This document shows positions 1-9,311 of a stretch of 48,219 nucleotides of DNA, piece after piece (the first letter of the stretch is position 1; each line of letters begins with the position of its first letter). The DNA is from an uncultured Deferribacteres bacterium (GTDB lineage Bacteria; Zhuqueibacterota; Zhuqueibacteria; Zhuqueibacterales; Geothermadaptataceae). Made by a program: the position numbers and the translations under genes. The stretch spans positions 1-48,219 of the forward strand of contig CAXHAT010000037.1 of the NCBI GenBank assembly GCA_964014485.1, given 5' to 3'. A model generated the notes under the pieces. It did no database searches. It saw only the letters and a list, made by a program, of their open reading frames with translations, and was not told where the DNA came from.

Positions 1-6
1 CCAAAA

Positions 7-76
7 GTCATTCCCGCGCAGGCGGGAATCTATAAAGCCTGCAACGCCGCTGGAGTCCCGCCTGCGCGGGAATGAC
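7..76. repeat. REP-like inverted repeat (GTCATTCCCGCGCAGGCGGGAATC family), uninterrupted copy
   Basis: GTCATTCCCGCGCAGGCGGGA (7-27) is the exact reverse complement of TCCCGCCTGCGCGGGAATGAC (56-76). The same family recurs at 24360-24583. Confidence 0.9.
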
Positions 77-190
77 GTGGAGCATGAAAGGAAGACATTT
101 GTGAATCAGCCGGGTTAGAATGGCATGAAAGAAAAAAGAGTTCACTACAATCCATAATTGTTTCATTCATCAAACCAAGGGAGATTGGAG

Positions 191-2767
191 ATGAAAAACT
201 TTACCAAAGTGTTCTTAACCGGGCTCGCACTATTGGCGAGTTCAAGTCTGGCTTCCGCCCAGGCTATTGACGTCGCAGCGGCGGATGGAATTAACGCCGC
301 GATCGACTTCGCCAACGCCGGCAACGCCGACACGCTGCGTCTGGTCGACGGCGCTTCGACTGCCGTGTATGAACTGGCTCCGGTGGCGATTACATCGCCG
401 ATGGTCATTATGGCTGCTCCGGGACTCAGCGAAAAACCATTGATTCGCGCGGCCGCTGGCATTGAGCAGAACGATTACATCACGGTCGATAACGACCTGA
501 CCGTCATCGGCGTGATCATTGACGGACAAACCGTCGCGGGCGATTATGCTAAATATAAGTTCATGTTCAAAGTCAACAATCCGCCGGGTGACGCCGCCGC
601 TGAGGCGCCCAGCCTTTGGGTAAAGGACTCACATTTGAGAAATGTCTATCAAAACGGCGATCCGGCAACCGCCGCGGATGGAACCTTTTTTGACATCAGC
701 CGCACCTCCTACGCGGAAAATTTGCATTTTGAGAATACCACTTTTGAGAACTCCGGCGACGAAGGCATTCGTTCGATCAACACGCATAAAGAGCCGATTC
801 ATCCAAATGTCTGGGCGTTCGGAAGTCTGGTTGTTAGAAATTGCACGTTTATCAACATCAACGGATCATCGATCAAGATCGAAGGCGATTCGGACTCGAC
901 CAATGGGGATACGGACGGTGTGTTTGAAAACCTGACTTTCTGGAATTGCCAGCGCCGGGTGATTTGGGAACGCGATAACGCCGGTTCGATCATGCGCAAT
1001 TTGATTATTGCCAACAGCAAAACGGGCAATGACACTTTTGGCGGAACGGATGTGCTGATTTCATTCCAGCGCGCCGGTTCAGTCGTCTCCCATATCGACA
1101 CTTTTAGGGTTGAGCATATCGTCGGCGATGATACTGTACGTTACCAAAACCGCCGATTTTTTACGAAGGGCGGCGACCGCACAAACTCTTCCGACCCCGG
1201 AACCTATGAAGCAACGACAGTTTACGGCTACGATCCGATGTTTGCCGATCCTGAAAACGGTGATTTCACGTTGATGGCGGGTTCCCCGGTTTATACGCTC
1301 GCCCATGACGGCGGCGCGCTTGGCGACCGTCGTTGGGCGACAAATCCGCCTGCTCCCGGCACGAAAATCGATGTTCGCGCTGTAGACGGATTGGTTGCAG
1401 CGATTGATTTTGCCATGGCAGGCAATGCAGATACATTAGTTTTAGTTGACGATCCTGCAACGGGCGTTTATGAATTAACTGATGTTGACATTATAAGACC
1501 ATTGGTCATTATGGCGGCGCCTGGTTTGAGCAGTATGAATATAAAGCCGCTCATTCGCGCCTCTGACTCGATTACTCCGCAAAATGATTGGATCACCGCG
1601 GACGAAGACTTAACAGTTATCGGCGTAACGATTGACGGCCAAACTCCAACAGGCGCTTATGCGCAACTCAAGTACATGTTCAAAATCAACAATCCGGCGG
1701 CGGACAGCCCGATTAATGATTCGCCCCGCCTCAGAGTGATGGATTCACACCTGAGAAACATGTATCAGGAAGGCGATCCCGCCATATCGACAAACGGCAC
1801 CTTTTTTGATATCTCAACAGGCGCCCACGCCGGTTCGGTGCATTTCGAAAGAACGACTTTCGAAAACTCCGGCGATGAAGCCGTCCGCTCCATCAATGCG
1901 CACAAATCGCCAGTGGCTTTCGCGAACAGAGCCATCGACGCTCTCATTATTCGCGATTGTACATTCAATAACATCAACGGTTCGAGCGTAAAGCTCGAAA
2001 GCGACGCCGATTCGCTGACCGTTGACGGCGACGTGCTGCTGGAAAACCTGACCTTCTGGCGCGCACAGCGTCGTGTGATCTGGGTGCGTGAGACGGAAAA
2101 CACCATCATGCGAAATCTCATTATCGCCAACAGTAAGCTCGGAAACGACACATTCAGCAATACCGACGTGCTGATTTCTTTCCAAAGACGTAATTCTGTT
2201 GTCGCATATGTCGATACATTCAACATTCAGAAAGTTAACGCACAGGATTCTGTCTTTATTCGCGCTGAAGCGTTTCTTAACGAGGGCGGCTCACGAACCG
2301 GATCCTCTGATAAAGGCATTGTCAGCACTTCAACGATTTACAACTTTGATCCCATGTTCGTTGATCCGGAAAACGGCAATTTCACTTTAGCAAGCGGCTC
2401 GATGGCCTATAACAAGGGGCATGACGGCGGCCCAATCGGCGACCGGCGCTGGGCGACGATGGGCGTGTCTGTACGCGAAACCGCGCAAGGCATTCTGCCG
2501 AGCGAGTTTGAGCTGAGCCAGAACTATCCCAACCCGTTCAACCCGACAACCACGATTCGCTACGCCGTGAAGCGCGCCGCACATGTCAAGATTCAGGTTT
2601 TTGACATGCTGGGCCGCGTGGTGGAAACGTTGGTTGACGACAAGAGACCGGCTGGAACCTACGCTCTCGAATGGATTCCGGATAGATCATCTTCCGGCGT
2701 TTATTTCTACCGCATGTTGATCGACGGTCAAGCGGTTGAAACGAAGAAGATGACATTGCTCAAGTAA
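191..2767 (+). CDS. Secreted protein with two tandem beta-helix modules (DUF5123-like ends) and a T9SS-type C-terminal sorting domain
   Basis: ATG at 191 follows GGAG and opens a signal peptide (MKNFTKVFLTGLALLASSSLASAQ). Two ~365-aa internal repeats each end in DPMFxDPENGxFTL...GDRRW. C-terminus is QNYPNPFNP...SGVYFY...KKMTLLK. Confidence 0.85.
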   Translation: MKNFTKVFLTGLALLASSSLASAQAIDVAAADGINAAIDFANAGNADTLRLVDGASTAVYELAPVAITSPMVIMAAPGLSEKPLIRAAAGIEQNDYITVDNDLTVIGVIIDGQTVAGDYAKYKFMFKVNNPPGDAAAEAPSLWVKDSHLRNVYQNGDPATAADGTFFDISRTSYAENLHFENTTFENSGDEGIRSINTHKEPIHPNVWAFGSLVVRNCTFININGSSIKIEGDSDSTNGDTDGVFENLTFWNCQRRVIWERDNAGSIMRNLIIANSKTGNDTFGGTDVLISFQRAGSVVSHIDTFRVEHIVGDDTVRYQNRRFFTKGGDRTNSSDPGTYEATTVYGYDPMFADPENGDFTLMAGSPVYTLAHDGGALGDRRWATNPPAPGTKIDVRAVDGLVAAIDFAMAGNADTLVLVDDPATGVYELTDVDIIRPLVIMAAPGLSSMNIKPLIRASDSITPQNDWITADEDLTVIGVTIDGQTPTGAYAQLKYMFKINNPAADSPINDSPRLRVMDSHLRNMYQEGDPAISTNGTFFDISTGAHAGSVHFERTTFENSGDEAVRSINAHKSPVAFANRAIDALIIRDCTFNNINGSSVKLESDADSLTVDGDVLLENLTFWRAQRRVIWVRETENTIMRNLIIANSKLGNDTFSNTDVLISFQRRNSVVAYVDTFNIQKVNAQDSVFIRAEAFLNEGGSRTGSSDKGIVSTSTIYNFDPMFVDPENGNFTLASGSMAYNKGHDGGPIGDRRWATMGVSVRETAQGILPSEFELSQNYPNPFNPTTTIRYAVKRAAHVKIQVFDMLGRVVETLVDDKRPAGTYALEWIPDRSSSGVYFYRMLIDGQAVETKKMTLLK

Positions 2768-2787
2768 GAGGCTGAAGTATTGATTGA

Positions 2788-2849
2788 TGGAGTGTTGGAA
2801 TATTGGCAGGTGAATCGATTTTTCACTTATCCAAAATTCCAATACTCCA
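2788..2849. repeat. Intergenic imperfect inverted repeat (stem-loop)
   Basis: TGGAGTGTTGGAATATTGG (2788-2806) pairs imperfectly with CCAAAATTCCAATACTCCA (2831-2849). Confidence 0.6.
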
Positions 2850-2870
2850 CTTCTTTGCACACAACGAAAC

Positions 2871-4775
2871 ATGAGTCAAGCGTCGCGATTAATTTTCATT
2901 TTAGTCTTGTTTGCAAGCTCAAGTTTGTGTGCGCAGACCTGGTTTTCTCAAATCGTTTATTATGACGGCGACGGTTCTCTGGTTTACAAAGTGGATGACG
3001 AAAACAACCGCGTCCCAAACTTCAGCTACGCCGGTTACAAGAACAGCGAAGAACCGATCCCGAACGTTCCGGTTTTCCTGACGATTTCGCCGATTGACGG
3101 CGACAATACGATGCATATTCAAAACGCTCTCGATCAGATTACGGAAATTCCCTCTGACGGCAACGGCTTTCGCGGTGCGCTTCTGCTGGAACCGGGAGAA
3201 TACGAAGTTACCGGGACGATAAGACTCAATGCCGGCGGCGTTGTTTTGCGCGGTACGGGAGACGGCAGTGATCCCGCATCAAACACGATTTTGCGCGCGA
3301 CCGGGAAGTTGAGCAGTTTTCCGCCGCAGAATTCTGTGATCATCGCAGGCGGCGGCAATGAATCAAATTGGCGAGAGACGATAGAAGGAACAAAGACGGA
3401 CATTGTCTCAGAATTCGTCTCCGTTGGAAGCAGTGTCTTTGAAGTTGCAGACGCCTCGCTTTTTGCGGTCGGTGACAACATTATCATCAACCATCCCTGC
3501 ACCGAAGCGTGGCTGGAAGCCATCGATTACGGCGGCACGCATTCGAACGAATCCGGTGCGGAACCGGGCGTAGACGTGCCGTGGAAGATCGACAGCCAGC
3601 CCATCGTTTTCAACCGGTTCATTGAAAGAATCAACGGCAATGAAATTACGATTGACGCGCCGGTTTTTAATCATCTCGACCGCAGCCTTTCCCAAAGTTT
3701 TATTTACAAATTTGATCGCGCCAATCTGGTGACGAATATCGGCATCGAAAGCTTGCGCATCGACATTGAAACGGCGGGCGGCGAAGATGAAGATCATGCC
3801 TGGAACGGCATTGAGCTCGTGGAAGTTGAAGATGCCTGGGTGCGCAACTGCACGGTCTTGTATTTTGGCAAAGCCGGTTTTCTGACCAACACCGCGACGC
3901 GCGTCACGATAGAAAATTGCAACGCGCTTGATCCCGTCGCCAGAATCACCGGCGGCCGCATGTACAATTTCGAAGCAGACGTTGCTTCACAGCAAATTCT
4001 GTTTCGGAATTGCCATGCCAGCAACGGCAGGCATCATTTTATGTCCAACGGCATGAGTTGGACGTCCGGCGTGGTTTTTCTCGACTGCACGTCTTCCGGC
4101 GCGTACGCCGCCAGCGAGACGCATCGGCGCTGGAGCACGGGAATTTTATACGACAATCATCACGAACTGGACGGTCCGCGCTCCGGCGTGAACCCGCGCC
4201 TGCTTGGACTTTACAATCGCGGCTACTTCGGCACCAGCCACGGCTGGACGGCGGCGCATTCCGTCGCATGGAACTGCGATGTTGCGGACGGTCAATTACA
4301 CATTCAAAAACCGCCGACCGGACAAAATTATGCCATCGGCTGTCGCGGAACGATTACGGGCGACAGACCGCCAAATTCATTCAGCGAACCGGCGGGCTAC
4401 ATTGAAGGCGCAAATCAGTCTGGCCTGGAACCGCGCTCGCTTTTCACGGCGCAATTATTTGAGCGCACCGGCGTAGTTGTTGATGTTGCCGAGTCGAACC
4501 TGTCGCCTGTGGGGTTCAGACTCAAACAGAATTATCCGAATCCGTTCAATCCGACGACCAGTATTCGGTATTCAGTTTCCAGCGATCAGTTTGTGAGTTT
4601 AAAAGTTTACGATTTGCTCGGTCGGGAGATCGCAGTTTTGGTTGAAGCGGAAATTCCGGCGGGAGAGCACAGCGTGATTTTTGATGCAAGAGATTTTGTA
4701 AGCGGCCTATACCTGTATCGATTGGAAACAGCAGGCGGCTATGCTGAAACCCGGAAGATGGTTTTGGTGAGATAA
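2871..4775 (+). CDS. Secreted pectate-lyase-superfamily-like beta-helix protein with T9SS-type CTD
   Basis: Signal peptide, PNFSYAGY motif, GVVLRG, repeated xxNC/DC beta-helix rungs, HRRWSTGILYDN and HGW motifs, QNYPNPFNP CTD. Confidence 0.8.
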   Translation: MSQASRLIFILVLFASSSLCAQTWFSQIVYYDGDGSLVYKVDDENNRVPNFSYAGYKNSEEPIPNVPVFLTISPIDGDNTMHIQNALDQITEIPSDGNGFRGALLLEPGEYEVTGTIRLNAGGVVLRGTGDGSDPASNTILRATGKLSSFPPQNSVIIAGGGNESNWRETIEGTKTDIVSEFVSVGSSVFEVADASLFAVGDNIIINHPCTEAWLEAIDYGGTHSNESGAEPGVDVPWKIDSQPIVFNRFIERINGNEITIDAPVFNHLDRSLSQSFIYKFDRANLVTNIGIESLRIDIETAGGEDEDHAWNGIELVEVEDAWVRNCTVLYFGKAGFLTNTATRVTIENCNALDPVARITGGRMYNFEADVASQQILFRNCHASNGRHHFMSNGMSWTSGVVFLDCTSSGAYAASETHRRWSTGILYDNHHELDGPRSGVNPRLLGLYNRGYFGTSHGWTAAHSVAWNCDVADGQLHIQKPPTGQNYAIGCRGTITGDRPPNSFSEPAGYIEGANQSGLEPRSLFTAQLFERTGVVVDVAESNLSPVGFRLKQNYPNPFNPTTSIRYSVSSDQFVSLKVYDLLGREIAVLVEAEIPAGEHSVIFDARDFVSGLYLYRLETAGGYAETRKMVLVR

Positions 4776-4782
4776 AAAGTCT

Positions 4783-4807
4783 CGTGACAACGGTTCCCGT
4801 TGTCACG
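4783..4807. repeat. REP-like hairpin, same family as 14758-14789
   Basis: CGTGACAACGG-TTC-CCGTTGTCACG. It shares CTCGTGACAA...GTTGxCACGCA with the reverse complement of 14758-14789. Confidence 0.65.
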
Positions 4808-4908
4808 CAATCGAAAGTTTCCTCGAATGTCATTCAGGAGGAATCTATTTTGAAAGCGGGCTGAGATAGCAGTGGTTCAGCAAGAGTTACCGGCGGTAAT
4901 ACAACATT

Positions 4909-5238
4909 CTATTCAGGTAAATCAAGATAATTGAGAAGCTCCTTGTCCGCCGTTTCCAAATCGCCGATAATCTTGCCGGAAATTTTTTGTGAGAAAGGCC
5001 AATTCCTCAGCGTTTCAGGATCGAGATCAGCGCCGTTCGGCCAGACGAGGGTATGGACTTCGGGATTGATGCGGACTTGGTTGAAAAGCTTTAAATCACG
5101 TAGAGGCTGATAGAGTTCGCCTTTCAAAATCGGGCGAAAATCGATGCGTTGTGAAGCGCCGTCATCGAAATAGACATCCAAAGTGTATGGAGCAACTATT
5201 TCAAATGAACGAACTTGGTAAATAGCGTGTGTCATCAT
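4909..5238 (-). CDS. DUF2442 domain protein
   Basis: YTLxVxFDDG...IDF...F.QV.I...TLVWPNGADLDPETL pattern typical of DUF2442. Confidence 0.8.
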   Translation of the reverse strand: MMTHAIYQVRSFEIVAPYTLDVYFDDGASQRIDFRPILKGELYQPLRDLKLFNQVRINPEVHTLVWPNGADLDPETLRNWPFSQKISGKIIGDLETADKELLNYLDLPE

Positions 5239-5245
5239 CGATTTT

Positions 5246-5470
5246 TCACGACTTCTTAAATACGCTTTTGGCTTCTTTTCTTATTTGTTCTAACTCGGAA
5301 ATAAGATAGTCAATATGTGAATCAATTTCTGGTATTGTAAAATCGTGTGAGACGAACTGACGGCCTTCTTTGTCACTGCAATGGGTTCCCAAATAAATAC
5401 AGAACGTCGTGAATAATGGTGCGTTTCGTTTGCAAGGTGGGCTAACCAATAGCTTGAAGCGAGTTGTCAT
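5246..5470 (-). CDS. Small hypothetical protein (74 aa)
   Basis: ATG preceded by an AAGGA SD on the minus strand; ends 7 bp before the DUF2442 start; amphipathic C-terminal helix (IDYLISELEQIRKEAK). Confidence 0.6.
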   Translation of the reverse strand: MTTRFKLLVSPPCKRNAPLFTTFCIYLGTHCSDKEGRQFVSHDFTIPEIDSHIDYLISELEQIRKEAKSVFKKS

Positions 5471-5592
5471 TGAATTATCCTTACTAAGTTAATGATAAAC
5501 GGTTCTTGAAAAAGTTTTTGCTCAAACGTAAAACTCAAGATATAGAAATGTCACTCTTTCACGAACCACTGCTTCTTTGCCAGCGGAATAGT

Positions 5593-5985
5593 TTAATTTT
5601 TTCGAAGTTCGTTTATCCGTTTCCAATTTCGGTCATTAGGTCTTTTGCACTCCCAAAATGTCCAGCCATTCACACTACCCTGTGTGACAGAGCAAGCAGC
5701 GGCTGAGGGAGTCGAGAATTTTTTCCCATTAACAACCAAAGCTGCGTTTATAACTTTGCCATGGTGAATTTTGCCCTTATAAGTTGCACGGAAATCTGTT
5801 CCTTGAGGAAAGACGACTCTTTTGGCAATCCAATCCTGTGCTTTATTCTGAACTGGCTGGTGTTGTTTTGTTTTAACAGGTAACTTAAGCAGATCACGTA
5901 GAACATCGTTGTAATTGATCTCTTCGCTTGATCTCCGGAATGTTAATTCCTTGTAGACATCGAAATCAATTTCAATTGTATACAT
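5593..5985 (-). CDS. SeqA-N-like RHH domain plus RAMA-like (DUF4357/DUF2924-type) domain protein
   Basis: AGGAG SD. N-terminus MYTIEIDFDVY...NDVLRDLL resembles SeqA-N; C-terminus FSTPSAAA...GSVNGWTFW resembles the RAMA signature. Confidence 0.7.
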   Translation of the reverse strand: MYTIEIDFDVYKELTFRRSSEEINYNDVLRDLLKLPVKTKQHQPVQNKAQDWIAKRVVFPQGTDFRATYKGKIHHGKVINAALVVNGKKFSTPSAAACSVTQGSVNGWTFWECKRPNDRNWKRINELRKN

Positions 5986-6054
5986 TGTAGACTCCTAAAA
6001 TTCGATCAAAAATATTTTTTCTATTTGGATAGTAATTACAGGAAAAATAGTTAA

Positions 6055-9000
6055 GTGCGGAATTCAATTTTACAATTTATTAGCTGGGAAACCGCCGTAG
6101 TTGTTTTATTTATCACCGGCAGCGCTCTCGCCAATGACACCATCGTCCGCAACGCCGATGACATTGAAGACGCCATGCAAACCGCCCAGCCCGGCGATAC
6201 GCTGACCATGGCGAACGGCGTTTGGACGGACCAGGAAATTCGATTTCAGGGCGAAGGCACCGCCGAAAATCCAATCTTGCTGCGCGCTGAGACGCCGGGC
6301 AGCGTAGTGCTCAACGGCGAATCGAAACTGAACATTGCCGGAAAATGGCTGGTCGTCGACGGCCTGCGATTTGTCAACGGCTACAGTGAATCCGGAGATG
6401 TGATTCAATTTCGTGTCAGTTCCGCAAAAGCGTATCATTGCCGTTTGACCAACACGGCGGTGATCAATTTTAACCCGCCGGTTGAAGAAAGCTATAAATG
6501 GGTGTCGATGTACGGCACGCACAATCGCGTCGATCACTGCTATTTTCGCGGCAAACAAAACGAAGGCGCGCTGCTTGTTATTTGGGCGGATGCGCAGCCG
6601 GACTCGCATCTGATCGATCACAACTATTTTGGCGTTCGTCCGCCGTTGGGCCGGAACGGCGCCGAGATCATTCGGATCGGCACCAGCGACTGGTCGATGT
6701 TCGACTCCAACAGCATCGTCGAATTCAACTATTTCGAGGAGTGCGACGGCGAGATCGAGATTATTTCCAACAAAACCGGCGGCAATATTTTTCGCTACAA
6801 CACGTTCTACGACAACGAGGGCATGCTGACCCTGCGGCACGGCAACCGCGCGGAAGTTTACGGCAACTTTTTCTTTGGCAATCAGAATCCGCTGGCCGGA
6901 GGCGTGCGCATCATCGGCGAGGATCACAAGGTTTACAACAATTATTTCGAGGGACTCTACGGTACGGGCTTGCGCTCCGCTTTGCCGATCATGAACGGCG
7001 TGCCGAATTCGCCGCTCAACCGCTATTTTCAGGTGAAACGCGCGACAGTCGCTTTTAACACTTTTGTTGATTGCAAAAGCTCGATCGTCCTCGGCGCCGG
7101 AGCAGACAGCGAACGCTCGCTCCCGCCGCTGGACAACGTCATCGCCAACAACGTTGTGCTCGCCGAAGGTCACACGATTGTTTCCCAGGAAGACGAGCCG
7201 ATCAATCTGGTTTGGGAAGGCAATATTTTTCAAGGCGACGCCCTCGGTATTCCCCAACCGGACGGCATTACGTTGACCGATCCGAAGCTTGGTTTTGACA
7301 TGACTGACAGCCTGTGGCGTCCCGCCGATGACAGCCCGCTTATTAGCGCAGCGGTTGGAGACTACGCATACGTCGGTGATGATATGGACGGCCAGGCGCG
7401 CGACGTCAACAAAGACGTGGGTGCGGACGAAGCGTCAGACATTCCGATCACACGCCGCCCGCTCAAGGCGGGGGACGTTGGCCCGGGCTGGAAGAGCAAC
7501 GACAACATGGTTTCCCTGGCGGTCAAAGTCGTGGGCTCCGGGTCGGTGCAATTCGACCCGCCGGGCGGGCTGTATGAAATCGGAACCGAAGTCACGCTCA
7601 CCGCAACGCCTGAGAGTGACATTTGGAAATTTGCTGGTTGGAGCGGCGACATTGTCACGACCGACAATCCAACCACGATCACCGTGAACGACGACATGTC
7701 GATCACCGCCACTTTTACCTCGCCGCCAATTTATGTTCTGGCTGCGTGGAAAAACGGTTCCGGGCAAGTTAGTTTCGATCCGCCGGGCGGCGAGTATTTT
7801 GAAGGAACGACCGTCCGCGTCACGGCGACGCCGGTTGTCGGCTGGCTTTTCTCGCATTGGGAAGGCGATCTCAGCGGTTCGGAAAATCCTGATTCTTTGG
7901 TCATGGATCGCAGAAAATTGGTCATCGCAACTTTTGTCGAAGCGGACAGCGGCGGCGGTCAAGGCGGGGTTCTGGAAGTCTCCGCGGACGACAATTTCAA
8001 AGCCGCGTTCGACTCCGCCTTCGCCGCCGGGATCGACACGCTGATGCTCACCACCAGCGGCGGACTTTACACCACCGACGATCCGCTGGGCATTGAAATC
8101 ATCAAGCCGATCACCATCCTCGCCGCGCCCGGCTTGGAAGAAAAACCGGTGCTCACCAACTCAGACGTCGATCAAAATATTCTGGACATTCTGCGCGTCT
8201 ACGATGATTTGACCGTCGAAGGCGTGGCGTTCGACGGCGGGCATGAATCGTCGCACGGCATGAAGTACGCCGTTCGCGTGCAGCCCAGCGACGAGCGTGG
8301 TCTTGTGCCCAGAACCGGCGTTAACGTCGCCCTGCTGAACTGCGACTTCTATAATTTTTATCAAAACAAAGACCCGAACGCCGACGGCCATGCGCTGCGG
8401 GTTGGCACCGGCGCGGTCTGCGGCGACGTTCGCATTGAAAATTGCACGTTCAAAGACTTTGGCTATGAAGCGATTCGTATTTCGGACACGGAAAAGTTTG
8501 CGACTGAGCGCGCCGTAGAATCGCTCATCGTGCGCAATTGCACTTTCGTGAATATCGACGCGGAGTGCATCCGCTTCTACGCCGACCTCGACGACGGCAC
8601 GCGCGACGCGAACGTCTTGATCGAGCACCTGACCATTTACAACAGCGCCACGCGCGTCGCCTATCTCAAGAATAACAAGAACTCGATTTTCCGAAATATC
8701 ATCATCGCCAACAGCCGCCAGTCCGGGCACAACCGCGACGACGATCTGTTTGAAGTGCAGTCGACCGGCTCCGTTTCCAGCCACATTGACACGTTCCAGG
8801 TCAAGCGCGTCGACATGGAAGCGCCAAAGGGCGGGGCGGTTGTTCAAAACACGATTTACGGCTTTGACCCGATGTTCGCCGATCCGGAAAACGGCGACTT
8901 CACGTTGGCGGAAAACTCTCCGGCATTCGGCAAAGCGCACGACGGCTCCGCGCTGGGCGACTTGCGCTGGGCGGGAACGCCAACCGCCGTTCATGACGAT

Positions 9001-9288
9001 CAAACGGTTGCAGCAATGCCGACGGAATTCATTCTCGAGCAAAACTATCCCAATCCCTTCAATCCGTCAACGACGATTCAGTATAATCTGGCCAAAAATG
9101 CTTTCATCAGCCTTGAAATTTTTGATTTGAACGGTGGACTGGTTGAAGTTTTGGTGAATGAAAATCAGGCAGGCGGCGCGCATCGCGTTTCGTGGCAGGC
9201 GGAGAATGTCGCGGCGGGAATTTATTTTTATACGCTTAAAGTTGACGGGCGGAAAGTTGGTTCACGGAAATTGTTATTGGTCAAGTAA
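6055..9288 (+). CDS. Multimodular PL6 polysaccharide (probably alginate) lyase: PL6 + two bacterial-repeat (InlB B-like) domains + beta-helix module + T9SS-type CTD
   Basis: PGDTxxxANGVW, NRVDH, NGAEIIRIGTS, EIISNK (catalytic Lys), LTLRHG (catalytic Arg), NGVPNSPLNRY; two GSGxV...FxxWxGD repeats; QNYPNPFNP CTD. Start codon uncertain. Confidence 0.9.
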   Translation: MRNSILQFISWETAVVVLFITGSALANDTIVRNADDIEDAMQTAQPGDTLTMANGVWTDQEIRFQGEGTAENPILLRAETPGSVVLNGESKLNIAGKWLVVDGLRFVNGYSESGDVIQFRVSSAKAYHCRLTNTAVINFNPPVEESYKWVSMYGTHNRVDHCYFRGKQNEGALLVIWADAQPDSHLIDHNYFGVRPPLGRNGAEIIRIGTSDWSMFDSNSIVEFNYFEECDGEIEIISNKTGGNIFRYNTFYDNEGMLTLRHGNRAEVYGNFFFGNQNPLAGGVRIIGEDHKVYNNYFEGLYGTGLRSALPIMNGVPNSPLNRYFQVKRATVAFNTFVDCKSSIVLGAGADSERSLPPLDNVIANNVVLAEGHTIVSQEDEPINLVWEGNIFQGDALGIPQPDGITLTDPKLGFDMTDSLWRPADDSPLISAAVGDYAYVGDDMDGQARDVNKDVGADEASDIPITRRPLKAGDVGPGWKSNDNMVSLAVKVVGSGSVQFDPPGGLYEIGTEVTLTATPESDIWKFAGWSGDIVTTDNPTTITVNDDMSITATFTSPPIYVLAAWKNGSGQVSFDPPGGEYFEGTTVRVTATPVVGWLFSHWEGDLSGSENPDSLVMDRRKLVIATFVEADSGGGQGGVLEVSADDNFKAAFDSAFAAGIDTLMLTTSGGLYTTDDPLGIEIIKPITILAAPGLEEKPVLTNSDVDQNILDILRVYDDLTVEGVAFDGGHESSHGMKYAVRVQPSDERGLVPRTGVNVALLNCDFYNFYQNKDPNADGHALRVGTGAVCGDVRIENCTFKDFGYEAIRISDTEKFATERAVESLIVRNCTFVNIDAECIRFYADLDDGTRDANVLIEHLTIYNSATRVAYLKNNKNSIFRNIIIANSRQSGHNRDDDLFEVQSTGSVSSHIDTFQVKRVDMEAPKGGAVVQNTIYGFDPMFADPENGDFTLAENSPAFGKAHDGSALGDLRWAGTPTAVHDDQTVAAMPTEFILEQNYPNPFNPSTTIQYNLAKNAFISLEIFDLNGGLVEVLVNENQAGGAHRVSWQAENVAAGIYFYTLKVDGRKVGSRKLLLVK

Positions 9289-9311
9289 TCCAATATGAGT
9301 TCTCTCAAATC

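Noticed and set aside
121..136. TGGCA motif as a sigma54 promoter (also TGGCACG at ~26852)
   Set aside because: No GC at the -12 position.
1477..1486. AACTGATGTT match to the element A-C left end inside the first gene
   Set aside because: Partial match with no partner end, and the reading frame aligns with the other repeat copy.
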